Source of the DNA: an uncultured Alphaproteobacteria bacterium
Lineage (GTDB): Bacteria > Pseudomonadota > Alphaproteobacteria > ATCC43930 > CGMCC-115725
Reading direction: 5' to 3'
Assembly: GCA_963818695.1 (NCBI GenBank)
Contig: CAWFTG010000001.1
Coordinates: 347,027 to 411,026, forward strand
Length of the DNA: 64,000 nt
This document shows, in pieces, positions 1 through 9,766 of the stretch (position 1 is its first letter; each line of letters begins with the position of its first letter). A program made the translations under genes and the position numbers. The notes below the pieces were generated by a model. The model had not been told where the DNA came from. It was given only the letters and a program-made list of their open reading frames with translations, and did no database searches.

Positions 1-2
1 AT

Positions 3-611
3 AGCTGGCTCGACCGGGAGGGTGGCACGGTTATTGTCAAGTCGCCGGCGGGTGGCGCACATGTACTCGTCACCGCCTATGGTCTTCCGGCGCAGACCGT
101 AACCGTACCCGATCTCCACGTACGGCGGCTCGATCGGTCCCGTTCGAATGGCGCGGCGCCCCGATCCCCCGATCCGGCTGGCGCGCCGGAGGAAATCCGC
201 AGCGAAATCGTGCTCCATCTGGAGCGGCTCGGGGACCGACGCTTTCCAGGGGAAGGCTGGGTCGGCAATCGCGGCAAGAAATTGCGCATCGAAGCCTTCA
301 GCATCCGTCCGATCGACACATTGCTGGCGCGCGACATCGAATTCAAGGCGTTGGGCCCGAAGGGGCGACAGACGCCCTGGGTCACCGATGCCAAGCTCTG
401 CGGCACGCGTGGGCAGGGGCTTCCGTTGACCGGGTTCGCGATCCGTCTGGCGTCCCATGCCGCAGAGCGGTTCGACGTCGTCTACCAGGGCGCCTTTTTC
501 GAGAGTGGCGTGACGGGGCCGCAGCGCAATGGCGAACTCTGTATTCCGACAACTTCCGACGACCCCCTGGAGGCGATCAATGTGCGCCTGATCCGACGGT
601 CTCATCATTAG
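3..611 (+). CDS. 3' part of a gene for a protein with three ChW-like (hydrophobic-W) repeats; 5' end lies outside the window
   Basis: The frame is open from base 3 to TAG at 609-611; track ORF 210-611 is only its GTG-initiated tail. It contains three ~35-40 aa repeats with the ChW-like pattern: LHLERLGDRRFPGEGWVGNRGKKLRIEAFSIRP / EFKALGPKGRQTPWVTDAKLCGTRGQGLPLTGFAIRL / VVYQGAFFESGVTGPQRNGELCIPTTSDDPLEAINVRL. Confidence 0.5.
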   Translation, partial: SWLDREGGTVIVKSPAGGAHVLVTAYGLPAQTVTVPDLHVRRLDRSRSNGAAPRSPDPAGAPEEIRSEIVLHLERLGDRRFPGEGWVGNRGKKLRIEAFSIRPIDTLLARDIEFKALGPKGRQTPWVTDAKLCGTRGQGLPLTGFAIRLASHAAERFDVVYQGAFFESGVTGPQRNGELCIPTTSDDPLEAINVRLIRRSHH

Positions 612-652
612 GTCGGCGGCCATCAAATCGCTCCGAAGGCGAGGTACCGCTA

Positions 653-1351
653 GTGCCCGACATAGGCTTGCCCGACATAGGCTTGCCCGACACCGGCTTG
701 TCCGACACCGGCTTGTCCGACACTGGCTTGTCCGACACTGGCTTGCCCGATACCGGCTCGCCCGGCCCATACTCGTCCGATGCCGGCGCCGCGCTGTCCA
801 AGACCGTGTTGAATGTCGGCTGCGGCTATCCGTTGCGGCAGAAGCTGCACCGCCATTTTCACGGACCCGAATGGCGCGAGTTTCGGCTCGACCTCGACCC
901 TGCCGTGCAACCCGACATAGTGTGCTCGATAACCGACATCAGTCCAATCGCCGCCAATTCGGTCGACGCCGTGTGGTCCTCACATAATCTCGAACATCTG
1001 CAGCGCCACGAAGTGCCGCGGGCGCTCGCCGAGTTTCTGCGAGTGCTGAAGCCGCATGGCCTGCTGCTGCTGACATTGCCGGACCTGCAGCAGGTCGCTC
1101 GGCTCGTCGCCGAGGATCGGCTCGAGGACAGCGCCTACATCTCCCAAAGCGGCCCGATCACGCCGCTCGACATGATCTTCGGACACACTGCTTCGTTGGC
1201 GCGCGGGAACCAGTTTATGGCGCATCGCACCGGATTTACCGCGCGAAGCTTGCACAAGCTGCTGATCGAAGCGGGATTCCTCGACGTCTCCCTGCGCCAG
1301 GGCACTTCGTTCGATTTGTGGGCTACGGGTCACAAACCCGGGCGAGGCTGA
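653..1351 (+). CDS. class I SAM-dependent methyltransferase (Methyltransf_11-like); start uncertain
   Basis: SAM motif I VLNVGCG, then DAVWSSHNLEHL and LKPHGLLLLTLPD. The longest ORF starts at GTG 653 and reads through the tandem repeat. Alternative starts GTG 806 / TTG 809 lie directly before motif I. Confidence 0.7.
   Translation: MPDIGLPDIGLPDTGLSDTGLSDTGLSDTGLPDTGSPGPYSSDAGAALSKTVLNVGCGYPLRQKLHRHFHGPEWREFRLDLDPAVQPDIVCSITDISPIAANSVDAVWSSHNLEHLQRHEVPRALAEFLRVLKPHGLLLLTLPDLQQVARLVAEDRLEDSAYISQSGPITPLDMIFGHTASLARGNQFMAHRTGFTARSLHKLLIEAGFLDVSLRQGTSFDLWATGHKPGRG
656..790. repeat. 15-bp tandem repeat, 7 near-perfect units (656-760) plus 2 decayed units (761-790)
   Basis: Head-to-tail units read directly: cccgacataggcttg x2, cccgacaccggcttg, tccgacaccggcttg, tccgacactggcttg x2, cccgataccggctcg, then cccggcccatactcg and tccgatgccggcgcc. 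Confidence 0.95.
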
Positions 1352-1355
1352 ATCG

Positions 1356-2570
1356 ATGAAGTTTTTGTTCATCCACCAGAACATGCCTGGCCAATACGTC
1401 CATATCGCGCGCCATCTGGCGCAGAGCGGGCATGAAGTCAGCTTCATCACCCAGCCGCGGGCTGCCCAGATCGCTGGGGTCCGCAAGCTCGAATACCAAC
1501 CGCCTGCGCCCTCTGGCGACGGGCACGCTTATACGCGCGAGTTGGAGGGAGGGGTGGCGAACGGGCTGGCGGTGGCGCGGCTGTGCGAATGGCTCGCCCG
1601 CGACGGGTTTGTGCCGGACATCGTGATCGGCCACAACGGCTGGGGAGAAATTCTCTACGTCAAGGATTTATGGCCGCAAATCCCGCTGCTCGGCTATTTT
1701 GAATTCTTCTATCGGGCGAGCGGATCGGATGTCGATTTCGATCCTGAATTCCCGCCGGAGCCCGACGCGCCGATGCGGCTGCGGACGCGCAATGCGCTGA
1801 ACCTGCTCGGTCTCGACGCGGTCGATTGGGGCCAGAGCCCAACCGAATGGCAGCGCTCGCAATATCCCAAACGCTACCAGGACCGCATCACAGTCGTCCA
1901 TGAAGGGGTCGATACGAGCCTGGTGCGGCCGGACCCGACGGCGCGCCTCTGGCTGAGCAGCGGCCGCTCCCTGTCGCGGAGGGACGAGATTGTCACCTAT
2001 AGCGCGCGCGACCTCGAACCCTACCGCGGTTTTCATATGTTCATGCGAGCCCTGCCGAGGGTGCTCCAAACGCGGCCGGCGGCGCAGGTGCTGATCGTCG
2101 GCAATGACGGCGTCAGCTATGGACGCCAGGCTGAAGGGGCCCTCAGCTGGCGGGCGCAAATGCTCGATGAACTGGACGGCAGGATCGATCTGCGGCGCGT
2201 CCACTTTCTCGGGCATCTGCCTTACCAGCAATATCTGACCGTGTTGCAGATCTCGACGGTTCACGTCTATCTCACCTACCCATTCGTTTTGTCATGGTCG
2301 TTGCTCGAAGCGATGTCGGCTGGCTGTCTCGTCGTCGGCTCCCGCACGCCGCCGGTCGAGGAAGTGATACGCGACGGCGAGAACGCCCGCCTGGTCGATT
2401 TCTTCGATGTGGAGGCGCTGGCCGACCGGATTGCGAGTGCACTCGCGACCAATAACGACAGTGCCGGCAACAAAATTCGCACAGCGGCGCGGCAGGCTGC
2501 GATCGAACGTTACGACGTCCAAACGGTCACTCTGCCGGCCTATCTGGACCTGCTGCGCTCATTGCTGTGA
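1356..2570 (+). CDS. glycosyltransferase family 4 (GT-B fold)
   Basis: 404-aa ORF starting 5 nt after the previous stop. N-terminus is MKFLFIHQNMPGQYVHIARHLAQSGHEVSFI; the C-terminal GT1/GT4 signature is LSWSLLEAMSAGCLVVGSRTPPVEEVIRDGENARLVDF. Confidence 0.8.
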   Translation: MKFLFIHQNMPGQYVHIARHLAQSGHEVSFITQPRAAQIAGVRKLEYQPPAPSGDGHAYTRELEGGVANGLAVARLCEWLARDGFVPDIVIGHNGWGEILYVKDLWPQIPLLGYFEFFYRASGSDVDFDPEFPPEPDAPMRLRTRNALNLLGLDAVDWGQSPTEWQRSQYPKRYQDRITVVHEGVDTSLVRPDPTARLWLSSGRSLSRRDEIVTYSARDLEPYRGFHMFMRALPRVLQTRPAAQVLIVGNDGVSYGRQAEGALSWRAQMLDELDGRIDLRRVHFLGHLPYQQYLTVLQISTVHVYLTYPFVLSWSLLEAMSAGCLVVGSRTPPVEEVIRDGENARLVDFFDVEALADRIASALATNNDSAGNKIRTAARQAAIERYDVQTVTLPAYLDLLRSLL

Positions 2571-2961
2571 ATACGCGAGCGTGACGAATTGCTCACCCCT
2601 TTGAGCAGGCGGATCCATTCGGTGGGCTTGAAGATCAGGTGGCACGAGGTCTCGTCGAGGAACACGCGCGAAACCGGCGCGGCATTAGACCTCGGGTCGC
2701 GGGACGTCGTGGAGTTCGACGTCGAGACAGCGCAGCGCCGTCTCGAATTTTCGCCGTGCGCTCCTGTAAGAATAATGCTGCCGGCCGGATATGAAGGAGG
2801 GCCCGCCCTGCTGCCAGATCGTCGAGCCGAGGACGACTTTTATCGGCTGCGCCACGCTTGAGGACCCGGTCAGTATCGCCGACCCCCCTTAATGAGGAAT
2901 GAAGGAATGGGACGCAGACTGAGGTTGTGCCGGCGCTAACTGAACTAAGAGCCCGACGGTA

Positions 2962-5080
2962 TTGGCCCTGAACCTGCCGCACCTCACCCTCCCGCTGCTT
3001 TGCGACGGGCCCCTCCCTCTCCCCCCTGAATCCCCTGAAGAGCGGAGAGCGGCTCTCGACGAACCCGATCCGCGCCTCGCGATTTTTGGGCCGCCTGCCC
3101 TCACGCGGCTGATGGTCGAGCTGTGGCGGTCGGAGCCTCGGGTGCGGGCGCGGTTCGATCTGGCAAACCCGCTGCATCGCCGCGATTTCGCGCTGTGGCT
3201 CGGCCGGGAAGGCGAGTCGTTCGGTTTGGACCAGCTCTCGATCGAGGCAGCCCTGGCCCTGCTGCAGCAAGGGACCTCTCTGCTTCGGCCGGCCCCGCGC
3301 TGGCCGCCGCACGGCTCATTGCCTGCTGACCGAAAGGTCGACGCGTGGCTGGCGCAGACCATCGCCGAGCCTGCCGGCATCCCGATGCCCCGGGCATTGG
3401 CATTGCTCTGGGAACTGCGACAGGACGTTCGCCTACACTTCGCCACTCGGACCCGCTCGGAAATTCTCGACTATATCGGCTGGTGTCTGACGCAAGGTGT
3501 CCGGGACGGGTGCGTCGCGGTCGCGCTGATCGAGCCCGCACTGGCGCCGTTTCTCGATACGCCCGATCCGGAACTACCGGTAACCCGGCTACTGCGGATT
3601 GTGGCGCCGCTTTATGATGGACCATATCGCGATACCGCCCGGCAATTTCCGCATACTCGGCAAGCGCGGTTTTGCGTCGCGGTATGGGCATGCGGCACCA
3701 TGCGCCGGCGCTATGGCTGGCCTCGCAGCTTTGTCCGCAGCCCGTTGGAATGGCTGTCGCGGATCGCACCGGAGGCGGCGGACGCCTTCGTGCCGCTCGA
3801 CAATCTCGCCGTCGGGCTGTGGGAGCTGCGGCCTGAATTGCAAGCGCGCTGCGATCTGAATACGCATGAAGGCCGCTCGGCTCTGCACGAGCGGCTGGCC
3901 GGCGAGGGGATCGGGGGATTCGAACTCGAAGATTGCGTCTCGCAGCGAATGTCAAAAGCGCCCGCAGAGCCGGCGATCACGCGCGATCTTTGCCTGGTCG
4001 GTTATGCCGGCCTCATTTCCGGGCGCGCCGAAGATCTGCGCATGAGCGCGTTCGCGCTCAGTCGGCACTGCTGCCAATGGGCGGTGCTCGACCGCCTCTC
4101 CGGGGCGATCACGACGGAGGACAGCCGGCCGGCCGCCGCATTCGCCGAGCCGCCCGGCATCAACCTCGTGCACTTGAATGCCGACACGGCATTTTTCGAC
4201 TACCTGTTTTTGCGCGAACGCGGCATCGAGCGGGGCTATACGATCGGGTATTGGGCTTGGGAACTGGCCAGATTCCCCGAGGAGTGGCGATCCTCCTTCG
4301 CCTTTGTCGAGGAGGTCTGGGCCGCCAGCCGGTTCGCCTACGAAGCGATCGCGCCGGCGACGACCAAACCGGTTTTTCTGATGCCGCCGGCGGTGGCGAT
4401 CCCGGCGCCCGAACCCGGCTTGAAGCGCGCCGATTTCGGCCTCCCCGACGACAAATTCATCTTCTACTTCAGCTTCGATTTCCGCTCCTATACCAGCCGC
4501 AAGAATCCGCACGCCGCCATCGCCGCGTTTCGCCGCGCTTTTCCGCACAGCGAGGCTACGGTTTGCCTCGTGCTCAAGACGATCGGCTCCGCCTGGAAGC
4601 CGGAGGAGCGCGATGCGCTGAATGAGGCGGTCCGCGAGGACCCGCGGATCCTCGTCATCGATCAGGAACTCGCCAGACCCCGCGCGATCGCGCTCGTGGC
4701 GTTGGCGGATTGTTTCGTATCCCTGCACCGCTCCGAGGGCTTCGGCCGTGGCCCCGCCGAGGCGATGCTGCTCGGCAAACCGGTCATCACGACCGACTAC
4801 TCCGGCACCCGCGACTTCGCCACCGCCGAGACCGCGCTCCTCGTCGGCGGTGAGCTGGTTCCCGTCGGCAAGAATGAATATCCCGGAGCGGACGGCCAGG
4901 TATGGGCCAAACCCGATATCGGCGAGGCCGCCGCCGCAATGCGCAAAATTGCCGACGACCGCGCACTCGCCGAGCGGCTCGGCCGTGCCGCGACTAGCCC
5001 GCATTCGCCAACTCTACGATCCAGAGGTCGTCGGCGCGCGCTACCTCGACCGCTTCGCGGCGATCGCCAAGACAACATGA
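2962..5080 (+). pseudogene. large glycosyltransferase (N-terminal repeat region + C-terminal GT1/GT4-type domain) with one frame break near 4990
   Basis: Track ORF 2962-5364 carries the GT domain (KFIFYFSFDFRSYTSRKNP ... SLHRSEGFGRGPAEAMLLGKPVITTDYSGTRDF). After ...DDRALAERLGRAA it becomes low-complexity text. The +1 frame (tail of ORF 4622-5080) continues with a normal C-terminus, RLARIRQLYDPEVVGARYLDRFAAIAKTT*. The TTG start at 2962 is uncertain. Confidence 0.65.
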
Positions 5081-5104
5081 AAGCCGGCCCCGCGCACAGT
5101 TTCT

Positions 5105-5302
5105 TTACCGGTTTGGTGCACTCTGAAATTCTCGCATTTGCGGCATTTGACGAAGTTCGGCCGCGACGCAGAAGACTCCCTGTCCATAATCCAGGTCACG
5201 ACATAAGCATGTTGCGCCTGGTTTACTGGCAGCCTCGAGTTCGGCGATTACAACCACCCGGTGAATCCCGCCATACTCGTTGTAAGAGCAGCGAAGCGTC
5301 AT
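5105..5302 (-). CDS. hypothetical small protein (65 aa)
   Basis: ATG at 5302 is preceded by GAGGAaaaa. It lies 43 nt downstream of the SDR gene on the same strand. GC is lower than the surroundings. No recognisable motif. Confidence 0.3.
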   Translation of the reverse strand: MTLRCSYNEYGGIHRVVVIAELEAASKPGATCLCRDLDYGQGVFCVAAELRQMPQMREFQSAPNR

Positions 5303-5345
5303 TTTTTCCTCAATCACAGTTGCAATCGCCAGAGGGGCGGGCGGT

Positions 5346-6104
5346 TCAGCCGCGGCCGATATAGGGCATTTTGGTCGCCATCACAGTCATGAACTGCACA
5401 TTGGCTTCGAGCGGCAGGGTGGCCATGTAGACGACGCCGCGGGCGACGTGCTCGACATCCATGCGCGGCTCGGCCTCGACCCGGCCGGTGGCCTGCAAGC
5501 GGCCGCGCGCGGTGTCCTCGTTGCGGGTCGTCGCAGCGTTGCCGATGTCGATCTGGCCGCAGGCGATATTGTAGTCGCGCCCATCCAGCGACAACGACCG
5601 CGTGAGCCCGGTCAGCGCATGCTTGGTCGCGACATAGGGGGTCGAATGACGCCGCGGCACATGCGCCGAAACCGAGCCGTTGTTGATGATGCGCCCGCCT
5701 TGCGGCTGCTGCTCCTTCATCATGCGAAAGGCGTGCTGCGCGCACAGGAACGAGCCGGTCAGGTTGACCGCGACGACGTTCCTCCATTGCTCGAAGGTCA
5801 ATTCCTCGAACGGGATGCCGCGCGTGCTGGTCCCCGCATTGTTGAACAACAGGTCGATGCGGCCATAGGCCTGTTTGACCGCATCGAACAGGGCGGCGAT
5901 CGAGGCGGGATCGGAGACATCGGTCGGCACGACCAAGGTGCGCGGCGGCGGCGCTTTCGCCAATGCAGCGGTTTCCTCGAGCATTGCGCGCCGCCGGCCG
6001 GCCAATACAACGGCGAAGCCCGCCTCCAACAAGGCGAGGGCCGAGGCGCGGCCAATGCCGCTGCCGGCGCCGGTGATGACGGCGATCTTGTCTGCTGATG
6101 CCAT
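5346..6104 (-). CDS. SDR family oxidoreductase
   Basis: [10 protein letters not shown] Rossmann motif near the N-terminus, NNAG, and the catalytic YVATKHA (YxxxK). Confidence 0.9.
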   Translation of the reverse strand: MASADKIAVITGAGSGIGRASALALLEAGFAVVLAGRRRAMLEETAALAKAPPPRTLVVPTDVSDPASIAALFDAVKQAYGRIDLLFNNAGTSTRGIPFEELTFEQWRNVVAVNLTGSFLCAQHAFRMMKEQQPQGGRIINNGSVSAHVPRRHSTPYVATKHALTGLTRSLSLDGRDYNIACGQIDIGNAATTRNEDTARGRLQATGRVEAEPRMDVEHVARGVVYMATLPLEANVQFMTVMATKMPYIGRG

Positions 6105-6114
6105 TTGCCAGCCC

Positions 6115-6957
6115 CTATAATTGCTGCAGTGAAACCGATTGCTTCGGCGAGACGAGCTCGTCCTGCGCCGCGACCAGCGCCAATTCGCCGCTCGCGGAGC
6201 GCATCGTCGCTTCGATCACGCCATAGATCGCGGCGATGGTGGTGGCGAGCGCCTCCGGCAGCGGCTTGCCTCTAAGCAACCAGCCGAGGAAGAGCGCGGC
6301 AACGGCATCGCCGCACCCGGTCGCCTCGATCGGCAGGCGCGGCGTATCGACCGCCCAGACGCCGTCGGGGCCGGCTGCGACCACCGCGATGCGGTCATCG
6401 GCGAGATCGAGGCTGGTGACGAGGACGATGCCGGGGCCGCGCTCGCGCAGCCCGGCCGCCGCCGCAGCCGCTTCCGCGAGTGTGGCAACCGGACGGCCGG
6501 TCAGCCATTCGAGCTCGAAACGGTTCGGCGTCACGATGTCGGCCACCGCGATTGCATGGTCGCGATAGAATTCCGGCACGCCGGCTCGGACATACCAGCC
6601 GGGTCCGACATCGCCCATGACCGGGTCGCAGGCGAACAATGCCCGCGGGTTCGCTTCCTTGACCCGGCAGACGATGTCGAGCAGCACGCGGCCGGCTTCA
6701 GCGTCTCCCAGATAGCCGGACAGCACGGCGTCGCAGCGCCGCAGTATCCCCAGTTCGGCAATGCCCTCGAACAAACTCGCGATCTCCTGCGCCGGGACGG
6801 CAACGCCGCGCCATTTCCCATGACCGGTGTGGTTCGAGAACGCGACCGTGTTGAGCGACCAAGTCTCGCATCCCAGGCGCTGCAATGGAAAGAGGGCCGC
6901 GGTATTGCCGACATTGCCGCAGGCCACCCATGACTGGATCGACAGCACGGTCGGCAC
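6115..6957 (-). CDS. pdxY: pyridoxal/pyridoxamine kinase
   Basis: N-terminus [24 protein letters not shown], then [12 protein letters not shown] and the C-terminal GCGD anion-hole motif of the ribokinase-like PdxY/PdxK family. Confidence 0.85.
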   Translation of the reverse strand: MPTVLSIQSWVACGNVGNTAALFPLQRLGCETWSLNTVAFSNHTGHGKWRGVAVPAQEIASLFEGIAELGILRRCDAVLSGYLGDAEAGRVLLDIVCRVKEANPRALFACDPVMGDVGPGWYVRAGVPEFYRDHAIAVADIVTPNRFELEWLTGRPVATLAEAAAAAAGLRERGPGIVLVTSLDLADDRIAVVAAGPDGVWAVDTPRLPIEATGCGDAVAALFLGWLLRGKPLPEALATTIAAIYGVIEATMRSASGELALVAAQDELVSPKQSVSLQQL

Positions 6958-6958
6958 G

Positions 6959-7399
6959 TCAGTTCCCGGGCGGTTCCATGCGGTCGAACACGTGCTTCAT
7001 GTCGAGAAAGATGATCGCGCCGCTGACGACGAAGAGCGCGATCCCCGCTGCGTGCATCGCGCCCTCTGCCCACGCATGGGCGATAAACAAGCCGGCGAGG
7101 CCGATTACCGCGAAGAGCGGGATCACCAGTGCCAGGTTCCACATGTCGCCGACGAGTATGAGGTCGCTCCAGCCGGGTTCGCCGCCGTCGAGCCGCTGCT
7201 TCAGGCGCAAAAACGCAAGGGCGATTACCGAGAACATCAGCACCATGCCGCACGCGTAATCCCCGGGTCGCTCCGCGCCGCTTGCGGCAAACGCGCCGAG
7301 GATCGCGACTACGCCGAGCAGGAGCATCTGCACCCAGAAACCGAGCCATGACCAGAACGCGCGTTCCGCAGTATCCAGCGTGGAGGGCGTTTCGGTCAT
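6959..7399 (-). CDS. hypothetical integral membrane protein (4 predicted TM segments)
   Basis: ATG at 7399 is preceded by GGAGG. The sequence has hydrophobic stretches throughout. Its stop abuts the pdxY start. Confidence 0.55.
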   Translation of the reverse strand: MTETPSTLDTAERAFWSWLGFWVQMLLLGVVAILGAFAASGAERPGDYACGMVLMFSVIALAFLRLKQRLDGGEPGWSDLILVGDMWNLALVIPLFAVIGLAGLFIAHAWAEGAMHAAGIALFVVSGAIIFLDMKHVFDRMEPPGN

Positions 7400-7639
7400 C
7401 TCGCCTCCAACTTGAGTGCACCGACCTTCGGGTTTCGTAACCTCCCCTTCGCTTGCCGGGATCATCGCGTTTCTCAAATCGGCCCTATCCCTGCACGTCA
7501 TCACCGGGCTTGACCGGCTTGACCCGGTGATCCACGCCTTCTCAGGGGGGCAGTGTCGGGCACGCGGATGGCCGGATCAAGTCCGGCCGTGATGGCGTCG
7601 AGCGATCGGGGACCGGTTTTGATCCGGGTATCAGGTGTC

Positions 7640-8557
7640 TTACTTCGAGCCCCTACCGGTCTCGACCAGAGCTCTCGCCGCGCGCAACTGACCACCCGAC
7701 CGGTCCAACACCCTCGTAGCTTCGTCGAGATCGCAGCCTTCGAGCAACAGCAGTGCGACTTTGACACTGCCGCCGGCGCGGTGGAGCGCGTCCTGCACCT
7801 CCTCGCGGCTGCGGCCGGAAAGCTCCAGCAGGATCTTCTCGCTGCGCCGGAGCAATTTCTTGTTGACGGCTTTGAGGTCGACCATCAGGCCGCGATAGAC
7901 CCGGCCGAGCCGGATCATCACCAGCGACGACAACAAATTGAGTGCGATCCGCTGGGCGGTGCCGGCCTTCATGCGGGTCGATCCGGCGATCGGCTCCGGG
8001 CCGGTATCGAGCCATATCGGGTGCTCGGCCTCGGCGAGCAGCGGGGTGTCCCGGTTGTTGGCGATCGCGATGGTCAGGGCTCCGCGCCACTTTGCTTCGC
8101 GCAGGCAAGCCAGAGTGAACGGCGTCGTCCCGCTCGCGGCGACGGCGATCAGCACATCGCGCCGATCGATTTCGCAGCGCTCCACCAGCCGGATCGCCTC
8201 TTCGCTCTCGTCTTCGGCGCCCTCGACGGATTGAACCAGCGCTTCGCGGCCGCCCGCGATGAGCAACAGCAGTCGCTCCTGCGGCCAGCTGAAGGTCGGC
8301 ATCAGCTCTGCGCCATCCTGAACCGCGAGGCGTCCGGAGGTGCCGGCGCCGGCGTAAACGAGACGGCCGCCGTCGCGCAGCCGTGGCTCGATCGCGAGCG
8401 CAGCCTCCTCGAGCGCCGGACGGGCGGCCCGCACGGCGGCGACTGCAGCGAACTGGCCCTCGATCATCGCCTCCAGGATGTCGCCGGGACTCCAGGCTTC
8501 GATTGCGCTATAGCGCGGGCTGTGACGTTCGGTTTCCATCGGTTCGGCTCGGGACAC
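7640..8557 (-). CDS. murQ: N-acetylmuramic acid 6-phosphate etherase
   Basis: SIS-domain protein with YAGAGTSGRLAVQDGAEL and the MurQ-type C-terminal helix region. It is divergent from nagA. Confidence 0.85.
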   Translation of the reverse strand: MSRAEPMETERHSPRYSAIEAWSPGDILEAMIEGQFAAVAAVRAARPALEEAALAIEPRLRDGGRLVYAGAGTSGRLAVQDGAELMPTFSWPQERLLLLIAGGREALVQSVEGAEDESEEAIRLVERCEIDRRDVLIAVAASGTTPFTLACLREAKWRGALTIAIANNRDTPLLAEAEHPIWLDTGPEPIAGSTRMKAGTAQRIALNLLSSLVMIRLGRVYRGLMVDLKAVNKKLLRRSEKILLELSGRSREEVQDALHRAGGSVKVALLLLEGCDLDEATRVLDRSGGQLRAARALVETGRGSK

Positions 8558-8588
8558 GTGCAGTTTAAGGATTGAGTGTTAAAGCGAA

Positions 8589-9734
8589 ATGGAGTTCGCG
8601 GTCACCGCCGACCACGTCTTTGACGGCACAACAGTGCGCCGCGATTGCGCAGTGGTGATCGATGACACGCGCATCCGCGCCGTTATGCGCCGGAACGAGG
8701 TGCCCGCGGCTATCTCCACCCTCCATCTGCCCCGGAGCGCTTGGCTCGTTCCCGGGTTCGTCGACACTCAGGTGAACGGCGGCGGAGGCGTGCTGTTCAA
8801 CGACGACCCGAGCCCACGCGGAATTGCCGCCGTCGCGGCGGCACATCGGCGGTTCGGCACGACGGCAATGCTGCCCACCTTGCTCAGTGACACGCCCGAA
8901 AAGATGCGGGCGGCCCGCGACGCCATAGAGGTCGTGGCGGGCCTCAATCCGAGCGTAATCGGGGTTCATTACGAGGGGCCGTTCCTGTCCCCCGAAAAGT
9001 CGGGCGTGCATGATCGGGGCATGCTCCGTCGTCCGCAGCCGGGCGACGCCGATCTGCTGGCGCCGCTGCGCAACGGCGTGACCCTCGTCACGTTGGCGCC
9101 CGAGCAGGTGCCGGAGGGCTTCGTCGCGAAGCTGGCGGGTGCAGGCGTTCGGGTGTCACTCGGCCATTCGATGGCGACCTATGCGCAAACCCGGACCGCA
9201 CTGTCCGAGGGGCTGACCGGCTTCACGCATCTGTTCAACTCGATGCGGCCATTGGCGAGCCGCGAACCGGGGCCGATCGCGGCCGCGCTCGAGGGGCCCG
9301 GCGCGTGGTTCGGCATCATTGTCGACGGCGAGCATGTTGCTCCCGCGATGCTCCGGCTGGCGCTGCGCGGCGCCGGCCAGGCGATGCTGGTGACGGACGC
9401 GATGCCGCCGGTCGGCGGCAGCTCGACGAGCTTCCGGCTATACGATCAGCGGATCACCGTGCGCGACGGGAGGTGCACAACAGCAGACGGCACGCTCGCC
9501 GGTTCCGTCCTCGATATGGCGAGCGCGGTCCGCAACTGCGTGCGAATGCTCGATCTGCCGCTCGCCGCGGCCTTACCGCTCGCCACCACTGCGCCCGCGG
9601 CCTTCCTGGGCATCGACGGTTGGCTCGGGCGCCTTGCGCCTGGCTACCGCGCCGACCTGGTGGCGCTCGACCCCGACACAATCGACGTATTCGCCACCTG
9701 GGTCGCTGGAATGCCGTCCGTGACCGCATCATAG
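8589..9734 (+). CDS. nagA: N-acetylglucosamine-6-phosphate deacetylase
   Basis: GFVDTQVNGGGGVLFND, HYEGPFLSPEKSGVH, LGHSMA and FNSM motifs of the amidohydrolase NagA family. Confidence 0.85.
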   Translation: MEFAVTADHVFDGTTVRRDCAVVIDDTRIRAVMRRNEVPAAISTLHLPRSAWLVPGFVDTQVNGGGGVLFNDDPSPRGIAAVAAAHRRFGTTAMLPTLLSDTPEKMRAARDAIEVVAGLNPSVIGVHYEGPFLSPEKSGVHDRGMLRRPQPGDADLLAPLRNGVTLVTLAPEQVPEGFVAKLAGAGVRVSLGHSMATYAQTRTALSEGLTGFTHLFNSMRPLASREPGPIAAALEGPGAWFGIIVDGEHVAPAMLRLALRGAGQAMLVTDAMPPVGGSSTSFRLYDQRITVRDGRCTTADGTLAGSVLDMASAVRNCVRMLDLPLAAALPLATTAPAAFLGIDGWLGRLAPGYRADLVALDPDTIDVFATWVAGMPSVTAS

Positions 9735-9766
9735 ACGCCCGGACGCGGAGAAAGACGGGCTGCTTG

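Noticed and set aside
656-790. Possibility that the 15-bp repeats are a CRISPR-like array
   Set aside because: The units are contiguous with no spacers, the period is far too short, and there are no cas genes in the window.
2575-2880. Possible IS630/DDE transposase remnant on the minus strand between the two glycosyltransferase genes (RVFLDETSCHLIFKPTEW..., IKVVLGSTIWQQGGPSF...)
   Set aside because: There are only short, ambiguous resemblances spread over three frames, with no inverted repeats or DDE motif that I can verify by eye. It is left unannotated.
3952-5004. 350-aa ORF on the minus strand, antisense to the large glycosyltransferase
   Set aside because: It is Arg/Gly/Ala-rich low-complexity text with no motifs and lies entirely within a well-supported gene on the other strand. 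This is a typical shadow ORF of high-GC DNA.
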